Assembly: GCA_965153355.1 (NCBI GenBank) | Contig: OZ231126.1 | Location: 40,548,001 to 40,612,000, forward strand | Direction of reading: 5' to 3' | From: Flaccisagitta enflata | Taxonomy: Eukaryota | Length of the DNA: 64,000 nt | Part shown: positions 1 through 13,400 of the stretch, piece by piece | How positions within the stretch are numbered: the stretch's first letter is position 1 | Layout: each line of letters opens with the position of its first letter | The notes under the pieces: model-generated | What the model saw: only the letters and a program-made list of their open reading frames with translations | Databases searched by the model: none | What the model was told of the DNA's origin: nothing | Translations under genes and position numbers: made by a program

Positions 1-875
1 CTTAGAGCAAAGAGGCTGCTATGACAGTTAGGTGATGTGACCAGGCAGAGGATGCTTGGGGACAGAGTAACAGTGGAAGCAGCAGAGAAGAAGCTGCAGA
101 GCAGCAGAGTCCCTCCGGCTTAGAGCAAAGAGGCTGCTATGACAGTAAGGTGATGTGACCAGGCAGAGGATACTTGGGGACAGTGGAACAGTGGAAGCAG
201 CAGAGAAGAAGCAGCAGAGCAGCAGAGTCCCTTCGGCTTAGAGCAAGGAGGCTGCCATGACAGTTATGTCATTTGACCAGGCAGAGGATGCCTAGGGACA
301 GAGGAACAGTGGAAGCAGCAGAAGAAGAAGAGAGCAGCAGAGTCCTGCCGGCTTAGAGCAAGACAAAAGGGCAACAGTGAACTAAGGGAATCCAGAAGAG
401 TGAGCATCCCAGCATGAAGCAAAAGAACATCCTGGCAGCCAACAGCAAGTCCTTCTGGCTTAGAGCAGAGATGCCATGACAGTTAGGTCATGTGACCAGG
501 CAGAGGATGCTTGGGGTCAGAGGAACAGTGGAAGCAGCAGGGAAGAAGCAGCAGAGCAGCAGAGTCCCTCCGGCTTAGAGCAAAGAGGCTGCTATGACAG
601 TTAGGTATGGGACCAGGCAGAGGATGCCTAGGGACAGATGAATAGTGGATGCAGCAGAGAAGCAGCAGTAGAGCAGCGGAGTTCCTATGGCTTAGTGCAA
701 GGAGGCTGCCATGACAGTTACAACATTGGACCATGCAGAGGATGCCTAGGGACAGAGGAACAGTGGAAGCAGCAGAGAAGAAGCAGCAGAGCAGCAGAGT
801 CCCGCCGGCTTAGAGCAAGGACAAAAGGGCCAACAGTGAACTAAGGGAATCCAGAAGAGTGAGTATCCTGGCAGC
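1..875. repeat. ~118-bp minisatellite with higher-order (~460 bp) organisation, running off the window start
   Basis: Unit CTTAGAGCAAAGAGGCTGCTATGACAG...GCAGCAGAGTCCCTCCGG recurs at about 1, 119, 237, 459, 574, 691. A variant block (ACAAAAGGG..AACAGTGAACTAAGGGAATCCAGAAGAGTGAG) follows every third unit (about 361 and 820). Confidence 0.9.
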
Positions 876-1653
876 CAAAACAAAAGAACAAAAAACTTAG
901 GCGTTTTGAGATATTTTGTCAGATTGGAAAAATTTTATGTTTTAAATTAGACTCTAAATATAATTAAAAAAACTTTAACTCTTTTTCAACTTTTTTTCCA
1001 ATTTTTATTTTTGTTTGAAACGTCTAAATCCAGAATATTTTTTTTTTTTTTTTTGGTAAGCAAAATTATGTGAAATTTTTAAAGTATTATTATATGGATT
1101 ATAATACTCCCGGACTTTAACTTTTTTTATCAAATTTTTTTAGGCCCTTTTTTCACGATAATTTGTCGATTTCCAATGTTTTTTTTTTTCCATTTTTGGA
1201 CCAAAATTTTAGAGTCCAATTAGATCGATTATACAGTTTCTCGACTTGCCGGCGGGGAATTACAATCAATATAACTTTAAGGTTTTTTCTTTGCAGCCAT
1301 TTTTTTTAACTGCAGCACTATATGTGTAAATGTATGGATTTTTCTTGATAGTGGAGACACTGATCAATCCTCAAATAAGTGTTTCAGTAAAATTTTGGAC
1401 ATTATTGTATAACTGTGTAATAATAGCACTGGTCCATCGTTCATTGCAAGCACACTGCCAAAGCAATAATGCTCATCTTTAGATCAATGATAGCGACCTC
1501 CCCAAGGACCATTTTGATAAAAAAAAGAAAGAGTCGACCCAACTGTATAATCTATATAATAAGACAAAAATTTGAAAAATATAACTTTGGAACCAAAAAT
1601 TATAATATCAACAAATATAATTTTCATTTTTTTATGAGTGTCCCTAGCAACGG

Positions 1654-4600
1654 CTCACAAAATATGGTCAAGGTGCATTTTTGCTGTTTGCGATTGCTTA
1701 ATCAAGGCAACTATCATATCATACACGCAAAATTCGCCGTCCGTTATGATTGGTTGATATGTATGCGATTTGTAAGAACGTATCTCTGGTGTATCGTAAC
1801 ATGAAAATTCCATAGTGGGGGTCAAACAAGCTGATGCGACCACACCAAAACAGTCTTCATTTAGAATCTCACCATCATTCAACCTTTGTTCAGCATTTTC
1901 AGTCTTAGCAAAGGATACTTCAATGTCAGCTACTGCAATGAATACAGGGCCAATTAGCCCTTTTTTTTCATTTGTCAAAAGCTCTGGTTCTTTTGGCTTC
2001 AGCCTATTTTTATGATTTGGACTAGGCATGGTAATTGATTGATAATCAGGGTTTCTTTTCAAACAATCATTTTTGATGTGATCCAGAAACACGGCCCTCT
2101 TACGGTAATGAAAAGAACATAAACGACAGTAAAAGTGAGCGTGTCTCCGTCTGTCCCGTATTTGATCTATGAGAGCGGACAAATTACAAATCAGAGCCGC
2201 ATGGCCAGACTGAATTGTTTTCATTAAATTTACCGGCTTTTCATTGAAAATCAGGATATCGATTGAAAACTGTTCAAAATCTTGTATCTGTTGTTCCTCT
2301 GTTGTACCCACAAAATTTTTCTTTCCAGCATCGGCGTATACAGTTATAACATCGTTTTCACCACTCCATACTTATATTGAAATAATAATCTTCTAGATCA
2401 AGGGCTGATTTCAATTTTTGAAAGTTTTGTTTCCCTGATTTGAGAGGAAACAAATGACCACTCTTAGCAAACAAATCGTTGTAAGTTTCACTACACATCA
2501 GCTCAAATTGTTCATCATTCAGAATACTTGGTAACAGGCTCGACCAATGACTTTTTGGGAACCCTCTATATCGTTTTTGCATAGTAATATGCAATGTGAT
2601 AACCATCAGTAGACATTCTCTCTTGAGATTATATAATTGAATGACATATTTCGGTTTTATGCTATCAGGCAACTTTTGATATTTTCTCGCAGCCATACCA
2701 GCTAACTTGACACACTCAAGTCTATATTGAATAAGGTTTATTAGGACAAAATTTGATCCTGAATCAAGGTATGAGGCTATTGTATTTTCAGTGTGATTGT
2801 AGAAAAATTCCAGTAAGTCATCAATCTGATTAGAATATGTTATTTCAATCAGGCCAGTAAAAACATATTCAATCCTCTGCAGATGATAATTTTCTACATC
2901 AGTATCAAATTATTTTGCCTAATAAAATGGAAGTGTTAAGACCAACTTTGATACTTTTGTCTTGTTCTAAACGTTGTTCAATTTCTGTTTGTAACAAAGG
3001 TCGTAATCGACCAAAGTTTCAACTTAGATCTGTTTCAATGATTATGTTCTTGTAATAAGTGTAAAAGAGACGCCGATGATAAAACTTTTTGCGCCATATT
3101 TGGAATGTGTCATTTTGCGCTTCATTCTGTTCTTCATTCTGTTCTTCATTCTGAGCTTCATTCTGTCTGTCTCTTTCTGTCTCTGTCTCTGTCTCTGTAT
3201 CTGTGTCCGCATCTGTATCCGCACCCCCTTGCTTTGACTTAGCACCAAATAAACATGACCGGAAATGTGAGTTTTTTTCAAAATCATTCCGTAGTTTTTT
3301 GTAACAGATGGGACATCTGTCCTCTTTCCTTAAATGGATTCTTATTTTCCTCTTTCGATTCTTTTTTTTTTTCAAAACTCGACCGTGCTTTTCCAATCTT
3401 GTCCGAAACCTTAAAGAAAGACTTGGCTGTATGTTCATAATCAAAATATCCTTGTCCTCTACCAAGCCATTCACGCTTGCGTTTACTTTTGCCCTTTCCT
3501 CTTTCATTTTTACTTTTGCCTTTTCCTTTGCTTTTTTTACTCTCTATTCGTCGTCGTGTACTGAGTCTTTGTGCACCGCCGACTGATCGTGCACTGTTTC
3601 CCGTTTGTGCGTCATAATCTTGTCTGTCTGTGTACCGCAAACAGTGAGGTTGTACATCATCTTCGACTTCATCTTGAGAATTCAATCGATTCATGTCAAT
3701 TTTAGCTGAATAAACGAAAATGAATAGAATAATGACTGATGACTTATCTAGCCTTTTTAGTTGCAGACTAGCAACTCTATAAAAGGCTTTGTCCGGCAGT
3801 TGGTCTGTTGGTCATGGTGATCGAGTTGAGAAAGTGCAAAAACGCACATTTCCACCCCTGCCCATCCGTCCGCGACTGGTATTGACCTTGTATCCGGCCT
3901 TATTCTCTCTTTTTCCTTTGCAATATTCAGTCCATGATGAACAGCTTCCAATTCTATATGTTTGTTGGTTGGTTGGTCAATCGTTGTTGTCTGGAAGCCC
4001 ATGATGGCATACATTGAAACCCATGATGGCATACTTTGTAATCAAAATACCCTATACAATGGAATACCTTGAAGTTTATGATGGTATAACTTGAAGTCTG
4101 TGATGGCATACTTCATTCAATTGACTTTGATATCGCAAGCAGTCGTTCTAACATGATCTCATTTACATTCATACTTACACTTTTACACTTGCTCACCTGT
4201 TTACACTTGCAATTGTTGCATTTGCTCTCACATTTGCTCTCGCGTTTACTAGTTTTACATTTTTATGCACTCATACATGTTGAGATTATATGCTCACACA
4301 TTTACACACTCATTCATTCTTTACAGACTGAGACAGACAGAGGAAATAGTGAAAGAGAGAGATACACACAGACACACAAGCAACAGGCAGACACAGACAG
4401 GCACAGACAGGCACAGAGAGATAAATAGACACAAACAGACAGAAACAAACAGACACTCATAGAGACAAATGCCGCGTTTACTAGTGGTTAGAATTTGGCG
4501 TTTTTACTATGAAATGTGTAACAAAAAGTCTTTTACAAAAGAAACTTGAAGAAAAATGTTTTTGACGCTCTCTCGTTGTCTTACAGATTTTGTCAGTTAG

Positions 4601-4757
4601 TTAGAACAGATTTTGATCAAAGCTAGATGGCTTTTTGATTTCGTACCTTTTTTAGATGGTGGTTCACTCGCTTGTGCAGTTTTAAAAGTTTGATAGATTT
4701 CCTCCTCCTCCTCCTCCTCACTACTTGTGGCACCCTGCCACATACTGTTTTTTACAT
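1654..4757 (-). pseudogene. Truncated, frameshifted copy of the intron-containing Polinton-like pPolB gene (exon 1 at 4757-4647, exon 2 at 3705-1654)
   Basis: ORF pieces 3284-3694, 3019-3507, 2358-2696 and 1655-2311 match the 790-aa ORF 32602-34974. Lesions: extra T in the run at 3362-3372, CGA>TGA at 3019-3021, +1 indels near 2907, 2372 and 1659. Homology stops at ~1654, just before the EndoVII domain. Confidence 0.9.
3753..3903 (+). mobile_element. DINE-1/HINE-like element in pPolB intron 1 (shared with the copy at 35043-35193)
   Basis: T-run, AGTTGCAGACTAGCAACT hairpin, GGTY repeats, CCCTGCCCA, 3' GTATCCGGCCTT terminus. Confidence 0.7.
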
Positions 4758-4902
4758 CTGAAAGAAAGGAAAATGGGAGAAATGTCAATTTTTTATCTTA
4801 TCTTTCTACCATCTCTTTTGGTGTTTTTTTAGTCTACTCTGTTTGAGAATAACAATTATAATAATTATGATAATAATTCTTCTTTCTTTCTTTGAATAAT
4901 TC

Positions 4903-4945
<43 letters not shown>

Positions 4946-5185
4946 CTTTTTCTTTTAATAATTTGTTTTTAATTTGTCCTTAATTATAATAATTATAACT
5001 TTGTGGTAGATTGCATTTATGAAATGTTAATCTGCTTTGTCTTAAATATAGTCAGGTTCTTCGTCAAAATTCATCCTACAAAGATTATTACCATAGATAG
5101 ATTTAGATAGATAGATAGATTGATAGATAGATAGATAGATAGATTGATAGATAGATAGATAGATTGATTGATAGATAGATAGATT

Positions 5186-5216
<31 letters not shown>

Positions 5217-5285
5217 TGCATTTATGAAATGTTAATCTGCTATGTTAATCTGCTACCTTAATATGCTATAGATCTGCGATAGATT

Positions 5286-5346
<61 letters not shown>

Positions 5347-5434
5347 TGATAGATTTGTGGAAATTTTCGCCCCATTTTCCATATCCAAAACAAAAGAAAA
5401 AAATCATAAAACAATGAGCGAGCAAGAGAGAAAT

Positions 5435-5494
<60 letters not shown>

Positions 5495-6654
5495 GAGTGA
5501 AAGAGTATTTCAGATATAGATAAGACATATATGTAGAGAGAGAGAGAGGCAACTCAATCCAGGCAAAATTGTAGTTGCAAATGCAAAAAGTAGCATAGAA
5601 CTCTCCTTTTAAGACTTTCATGGTCTCCACGTGATCAACGCAACTTTTTCGGCATGACCAAATAAGGAAATAACAAGAAGAAAGGGGGAGGAGGAGGAGG
5701 AGGAGGAGGAGGGAGGAGCAGAGATTTCCCCATGACCAAATAAGGAAATAACAAGTAACTTACCCAATTTGCGTTGATTTACTATCTAGTACGTCATTGG
5801 TTCAACTCTGCCGAATAAGATTTTGAAGAACCCATTCAAAACAGATTCTTTAAAAAAGATAGTAAGAACAGATGAAAATAGTCCAAAAATAGGAACACTT
5901 TTTAATCATTGACACACAATATATTGAATAAGTCTTGGGTGTTTGGACTGTTGATAGGTCAATTGCTCTGTTAGAAGGGGCATTGAATTGCACTACTGCC
6001 ATATTTATATATATCCTGCCCAGTTAGATATCCCTGACAAAACAGTGAGTGACTGCGACAGCTGTCTGACTTGACATGATAATGATGATCGATGTGAAAA
6101 CAGAATGAGACAGAATATTTTGAATGTCACAAGTGCTTTTTTCATTGATGTATCAATGTAAAAGTACCGGATCCAGATCTCTCTCTCTCAATGGAAAAGT
6201 ACCAGATCCAGATCTCTCTCTCTCTCTCTCTCTCGATTTTACAACCTTAACCCTTTTAAGAATCGATATAGAAATGTCCCTTGAGACTCGTAAAACTTGT
6301 GCAGTCAATCTATTTTTCGATATTTTCCTATCATGAGCTTGGCAAACCGCCAAATCGATCGGAGCTAAAAGCGAAAAAATGATTACGTTTGCATCCAAAA
6401 AGTAGATCATTGCTTCTGCCAGCCACCCGACCAACCAGCTGGACAAAAACGATTCCAGAGTGACGGCTTCAAGAGACTGGCTTCCCCTCTTTCACATTAC
6501 CTAAAGAAGTATGACAAGTGGAAATAGCGTATCCTCTTATTATACCTTAGCTTTAAAATTAAGGATGAAGTGGCATTAATTAAATGTAACTTTTCTCTTC
6601 CATAGTTTCCAGTAGAGTTCAAAGGTCATGCTAGAGTTTCTTTTTCTAACATCT

Positions 6655-6712
<58 letters not shown>

Positions 6713-6890
6713 TTTTTTTTTTATGTTTCTATTCTATTGCCACAAAGGAAATCAACACTGACATTGATATCCTGTCTGCATTATACTTGTCTGCCTGTCT
6801 CTTTTTTACTTTTTTGTTTTCTATCTTAGAGACTGTACTGCATGAAATCAAATCTGGCACATTGACATCCTGTCTGTGTTTCAGGTGACC

Positions 6891-6940
<50 letters not shown>

Positions 6941-8200
6941 TTCTTTCTCTCTCTCATTCTCTCTCTTATTTTTTTCAATCAATGGTTGTTTAATAAGGGA
7001 TGTAAGAAAGACATCCTTGTTTGTAAAATACTCTTCTGCACATCCCGCCCCCCCCTCCAACAAAATCACAACCTTCTTCCATACTATGGAACAATTAATT
7101 GTTCTTGCTGCATCAAAACTTTTTTACTTATCTGTTTTTTGTTTTCTTTTTTATGATCTTATCATACTTTTTTAAATTGATTGTTTTGTGACTGTCATTG
7201 TAATAAATCAAATTCCTGATTTCTTATTACATATTACTACACAAATTTTAGAAAGGAAACACTTTTTTGAGTTGATGATTTAGCCATTAGCATAAGTTTG
7301 AAAAAAAAACATTGGAAATTTCATTTTTGAGACCTCTTATTGAAAAAAAAATGCAGTTATCTGTAAACTGATGAAAATGTAGACCTAGAAATGATCTTTT
7401 AAAAATCTTCAAAACCACTTTTTCTGAAGAAAATTTGAACATCTTTTATACATGTTTAATCAACAAATGCAAAGATGTGTAAGCAACTTTTTTGACAAAT
7501 ATGTCAATATCAATGGAAGTCCAATAGAAGGCAGACAGACATACTGAGAGGTAGATAGACATGTTCTAGTTGTATGTGAATGGAAAAAATTATTAATTAG
7601 ATTTATCAGTTTGCATTTCTGAATAGACAGTAATTAGTGGAAAAAGGAAGTACAAGAGAATGTGTGCCATTTTTACATGACGCCTATTTTTTGTTGCTTA
7701 CATCATATCACAAGAAATAGAACACAAAAAATTGTAAACTGCTTTGATGAAGATTGCATTTTTGTCACTTGAGACACGTAAACCTCGATTTGTCCACCTA
7801 TTTTACGACTTTTATCTATCACTCCACCAATCTAATAAGCAAGATCAATTATAGCTTCATTGGAAAATAGATAATTGCTTTTTGCCCCTCAACTAATCAT
7901 AGCCTCGTACCCAACCAACAAGACATTCTTGCGGTAGTTCACTGTATTTCTAAGATAGTCAAAACAATGATATATTGATAGATCCCTCAAGACAGCATCC
8001 TGTTGGAAAAAGTCAAGTAAATCAAATTTCCCAAGCTATCATCAATCGCAGATTTCCTTACAATCCCAAGCTGAAAAATATGGACAAAGACATTAGAATT
8101 CAATACAGAATCCTCATTTCCATTCATTTTTCATTGTATAGTACATGAAGTTTAGTGTCAATCACAAGTTTTATCTTTTTAAACATTTTTTTCCTCTGTA

Positions 8201-8245
<45 letters not shown>

Positions 8246-8247
8246 TG

Positions 8248-8331
<84 letters not shown>

Positions 8332-8469
8332 GTTTTTCTCTTCTATAATCATATTGCATGAAATCAAATCTGTATATTGATATCCTGTCTGTGTGTTTGT
8401 GTGTCTCTCTGTCTCTCTCTGAGTCTTTCTCTCATTCTCTTTCTCTCTTTCTTATGTGTGTCTCTTTCT

Positions 8470-8506
<37 letters not shown>

Positions 8507-8599
8507 TTCTCTTCTCTCTTCTCTCTTCTCTCTCTCTCTTTTCTTCTACACACAGTATGGGCTGATGAAATTTAGAAACTTGGTCATCATTCCAGCCTT

Positions 8600-8649
<50 letters not shown>

Positions 8650-9056
8650 CATAATCCTGCCAGTATATCATCTGAGCCACCCCAACCCCTCTCCCCATTA
8701 GCTCACGTAGATATTCATCCTCTTCTCTGCCCATTAAGATCGCGGCTTTATAAGGAAGAGTATGTCCTCATCTTGACCTGGATTCATCCATTCATTCTCC
8801 TGAGCATCTTCACTGTGTTCTTCTCCAAATACATGTATATCTCTACCAACACCAGAGACCATTCTATTTATTGGAGTTATAAGATGCATAGTGCCAGGGA
8901 GACACATAGGAAGGGCCGCTCCCCCTCCGAGTGGCACCCTTCTATGTGGGGCTCGAACAGTATGCAACCCCTTCATTCCCATACATAGCATGAGCTAACC
9001 GGCGCACTTTTTTTCACACTTCGGAACCGGCGATTTTTTTTTCTCGATCTTCGACC

Positions 9057-9104
<48 letters not shown>

Positions 9105-9378
9105 TGCTTCGTCATCGTTAGGGTAACGGAAAAGTTTAAAAAAGAAAAAGTTTAAAAACTTTTTGAAATTTGAATTTTCTCCTCGTTTTCTTACGTTGAT
9201 CTTTTCTTCTACACTGAAAAAGAGTGCACGAAAATTATTGAGGTCACCAACACTAAAACAAAGAGGCCATATACACACACAATCTAGTCGCGTGACTGTG
9301 GGCAGGGGCAGTTGCACAAATGCCTTTACAAAAAACATGAACCACAGAACTGACTCGCTGATAGACTAACATATTCAG

Positions 9379-9420
<42 letters not shown>

Positions 9421-9424
9421 ACGC

Positions 9425-9466
<42 letters not shown>

Positions 9467-9481
9467 AAACACACACTATTA

Positions 9482-9950
9482 TGTTGGTCACGTTGCAGAT
9501 ATAAAGTGCGCAACGTGATAGAAACATATTCCTGTTCTCATCTATGTTTGTTTCCAAAGGCGCCTTTAATCTAGTTCAAAGTATCATGTTTAACTCAAAC
9601 ATATATCTAACTTTATGTGGCTTTAATCTACGTGGAATCATGTTGGAATAGTTATTCTTAAATACGTGGAGCTTATTACGTAGAAAATATCTGACTATAA
9701 AAGGGAGGATCACATTGTATGTGGATCCTCCACTAAAGGTACCTTGGGTCAACACATGCTCCATAAACATGTAAGTTTAAATTGTTACCTAACTATTGGT
9801 TCTTGCTTGTCACCTATTAATAGAACATTGCTTGCAACGTAATAACCCTGGCCTATTCCATGCTACCTAAGTATTCAGGAAAGAGTTGAAAACTTCTAGT
9901 CTAACAAGTAATTCAGATTAATTAACAGTACATTGAATAGTAACTTCACA
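9482..9950 (+). repeat. Candidate 5' LTR (469 bp, TGT...ACA)
   Basis: Starts TGTTGG after a (CA)n tract, ends TTCACA immediately before TGG, and contains TATAAAAG at 9696-9703. No second copy in the window, so the left edge is uncertain. Confidence 0.55.
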
Positions 9951-9964
9951 TGGTTAGCAGCGGT
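9951..9964 (+). promoter_or_regulatory. Candidate primer-binding site
   Basis: TGGTTAGCAGCGGT directly after ...CA. It resembles a tRNA-Leu-type (TGGTGGCAGCGGT) or iMet-type (TGGTAGCAGAG) PBS, but imperfectly. Confidence 0.55.
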
Positions 9965-10097
9965 CATTTCGCGTTGTGGGCAATGTGGGGATAAGGAGGG
10001 GGGGAATAATTTTTGGGCTTCATTTGCATTGAAAATCGAGTAGGGTATTTGTATCTACTGTAAGTCTCCGTCTTTTGTCGGTATTGGATAATGGATG

Positions 10098-10149
10098 TCC
10101 CGGTGACACAGCGGGTGGGTAGGCCAAGTCACCGGCTGTGTCACAGGGA
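10098..10149 (+). other. GC-rich 20-bp stem-loop in the retroelement leader
   Basis: TCCCGGTGACACAGCGGGTG (10098-10117) pairs with CACCGGCTGTGTCACAGGGA (10130-10149) with 2 mismatches; loop GGTAGGCCAAGT. Confidence 0.75.
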
Positions 10150-10411
10150 TGTGTTGGTCGGTGCTCTATTGTGCGGGACTATTTGATACACTTTTTATGT
10201 TTTTGAGGACGTTGAGACCATCACGTCTTTTAAGTAATTGGTGGAGGAGTGATGTGTTATTGGTTTGAATTGAGTAAAAGCGTGATGTTCTTAACAGGTT
10301 CTTATAAAAGATAAAAAGTGTACATATCTTAGTAAATGATGAATTAACATACATATGACAGACAGACTGACAGTACATAAATAGGAGGATAGATTGTAAA
10401 TTCGTATCAAT

Positions 10412-13400
10412 ATGGTTGTTAACAGGGAGACTGAGAAAGAACTCATAGAACAAGACAATCAATTGAATCAGGAAGTATTGAACGCGAAACGCACTTTCGG
10501 GGCATTGGTAAAGTTCGTGGAGTTGCTACAGACATTCTGTAGCGTTTGCTACCTATCTTCTCTTGATGAATGTCATAAAATCAAAGAGGCTGTCGGTGGG
10601 CAAGTCTACAGACAATTTGGATGTGGAAGAAGGGGGCAAAAGAACGAGAATCTAAGGTATATCACACAGATGGTAATAGATCTTGACATTGTCTTATTTG
10701 GTCTTCATATTGTCCGATGTGGTTGTTGATCCATACTCGTGTGGAACGCGAAGGGGTGGGAAACGATGGGATGTTCGTCTCTTGTGGTCATCTTGATGGT
10801 AGATTCGGGCATTGTAGATTCGGGCGTTGTTCTTCCCAAGGGCCTGTAATGACAGATCAATTCTAATTGTTATACAGAGAAGGGATACGCCAAAAGAAGG
10901 ATTACTTGGACCGGATTGGGGCATCCACAGCATATCTGAAATCTTGCGGCGTGCCGGATTGTCCGGAAAACTATTCTTTGCCACTTCATGTGACTTCTCC
11001 GGAGGTGGACGTTGAATTGGAAAGCAAGCTTCAAGACACTACTACTGAACGCGACAATTTGTTTCAACTTAATCAGAGGATAGAAGCTGAGAAGGAAGAC
11101 CTTCGTTTACGGAATCAAACATTGAGTACTGATCTGGCAGCTGCTAGAGAAAGGTAGATACCTGTGGATGGGACACGAATGTTGTGTTGATGGATGATAG
11201 GTCAGTAGGCTGGCATCGTGGGGAGAGGCATCGTGGGGAGAGTATCGGACCTATGTAGGTTGAAAACAAGAAAAGGCGTGTGATCAGAAAGATAATGATA
11301 TGATAAAATGTTATAAGATATGAAATGATCAAATAACTTAAATTAGATCAAAATAAAATTTGGTGGAAGTATGTTAAACTCTGGTAAAATTTTGTTAAAT
11401 TCTGTTAAAATTTGTTAAAATTTGTTAAAATTTTTTGTTAAATTTTGTGAGAATTAGTTAGAATTGATTAAACTTGGTTAAATATGTTAAATATGTTAAA
11501 TTTGCTAAAATTTGTTACAGTTTGTTAAAATTTGTTAAGAAATTGTTGAAATTTTGTAAAATTTGTTAAATTGGTTAAATTTGCTAAAATCTGATAAAAT
11601 CTGATAAAATCTGCTAAAATCTGCTAAAATTTGTTTAAATTTAATTTGTTTAAATTTGTTAAAATTTTGTTAAAAATTTGTTAAAATTGTTAAATTTGTT
11701 AAATATGCTAAAATTTGCTGAAAGTTGTTAAAGTTTGTTAATTTTGCTGAGAAAGTTGTTAAAATTTTGTAAAATTTTATTTTGGTTGAAATTTACTAAA
11801 ATTTACTAAAGTTTGGTAAAAGTTATTAGAAATTGTTGATATTTGTTAAAAATTGTTGATATTTTTAGTAAAATTGATAGATTTGAATAGTGTTTGTTAA
11901 AATGGTGTAGATTTGATAAGATTTAATAAAAGCTATTGAAGGTTAATAGAACTTATACAGTTGGTAAAATAAAATAAATGAAATTTAATATTATATTAAT
12001 TGCGATGATATTTGTGTGAATGTGTTGAAGTCTGCCAAAATTCAAAATTTGATGAGATTTGTTAGGAATTATTAAATTTGTTAGGGTTTGGTAGAATTTT
12101 AGGAATTTTGATACGATTTGTTATAAATTGTGTTAGATGTTGTTAAATTGATATAAGTTGGTAAGAGTGGGAAAGTGTTAGTAAAATTTTTAACGGTAGC
12201 TATTGCAAACTAGGCTGTATCGCGACTTGATAAGTTTCTTTGGGTTTCCTATAACTCATCATGTACCAACTCGTATCATTCACACTGATTTCTCCGCACC
12301 TGTTTTTCTCCGTTTGGTTATCCAATTTCGTCCTCGGCATGCGCTCGCCACCTAAAGTGTCCGGTCGTCTTTTTCTCTATTTTCGTTTTGCGGAGATTTT
12401 TAGGGCATGTCGGATATTGATTCGCCGCATGTGTGTCCGTCGGATGTTATTTTCTCTCGTCGTTGCGTTCGCAATTCTGTGTAATGAAAGTTGGCACATA
12501 TTCTGTTATTCATTCATTCATTCATTCATTCATTCATTCATTCATTCATTCATTCATTCATTCATTCATTCAATAATTAATTCTTCATTCATTCATTTGC
12601 TATTCATTCATTCATTCATTCGTTATTCATTCATTCATTCATTCATTCATTCATTCAATAAATTATTCGTTGTTCATTCATTCCATTCATCCATTCTGTC
12701 ATCTTTTGGTTATTCATTCATTCATTCATTCATTCAAGCTCATATCGTTATTCATTCATCTATTCATTCATTCATTCCATTCATTCATCGGTTATTCATT
12801 CTTTCATTCATTCAATCAGTTATTCATTCATTCATTCATTCAATTATTCATTCATTCATTCATTCATTCGGTTGTTCATTCAGTTGTTCATTCATTCATT
12901 CATTCGGTTATTCATTCATTCATTCATTCAGTCGTTGATTCGTTCAGTAATTCAGTCATTCAGTCGTTGGTTCATTCAGTAGTTCATTCATTCGTTTAGT
13001 CATTCATTCATTCGTTCATTCATTTGTGTAGTCATTCTTTCATTCAGTCATTCATGCAATAATTCATTTGTTTAGTCATTCATTCATTCATTCTTTCATT
13101 CATTTATTCATTCATTCATTTGTTTATTCAGTCATTCATTCATTCATTCATGTAGTCAATCATTCATACATTCAATCATTCATTCATTCAATCATTCGTT
13201 CAATCATTCATTCATTCATTCATTCATTCATTCAATCGATCAGTCAGTCTATCATTCATGAAAGGCGCTTGTTGATGGTGACTAATCTTACCTGAGGGCC
13301 GGTGGTGTTAGTTGTTCTGCTTTCCAAGAATGATGTTGGGCGCGCATCGAGAATCTGGGAGGGAAAAAGACGGTCACGGTATTGTTAATTGGTCTAACAG

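Larger units (their letters stand above)
1654..8590. repeat. Direct duplication block, copy 1 (paralogous to about 32929-39430)
   Basis: Colinear near-identical sequence from CTCACAAA(A)TATGGTCAAGGTGC to ATGGGCTGATGAAATT..AAACTTGGTCA. Includes the pPolB 5' part, intron 1 with its HINE, and the upstream region. Confidence 0.92.

Noticed and set aside
483-844. Repetitive Cys/Leu-rich ORFs
   Set aside because: They come from a ~118-bp unit that is not a multiple of three, and frames are not maintained.
12261-13295. FIHS-repeat ORFs
   Set aside because: Translation of the (TTCA)n tract inside the proposed gag intron.
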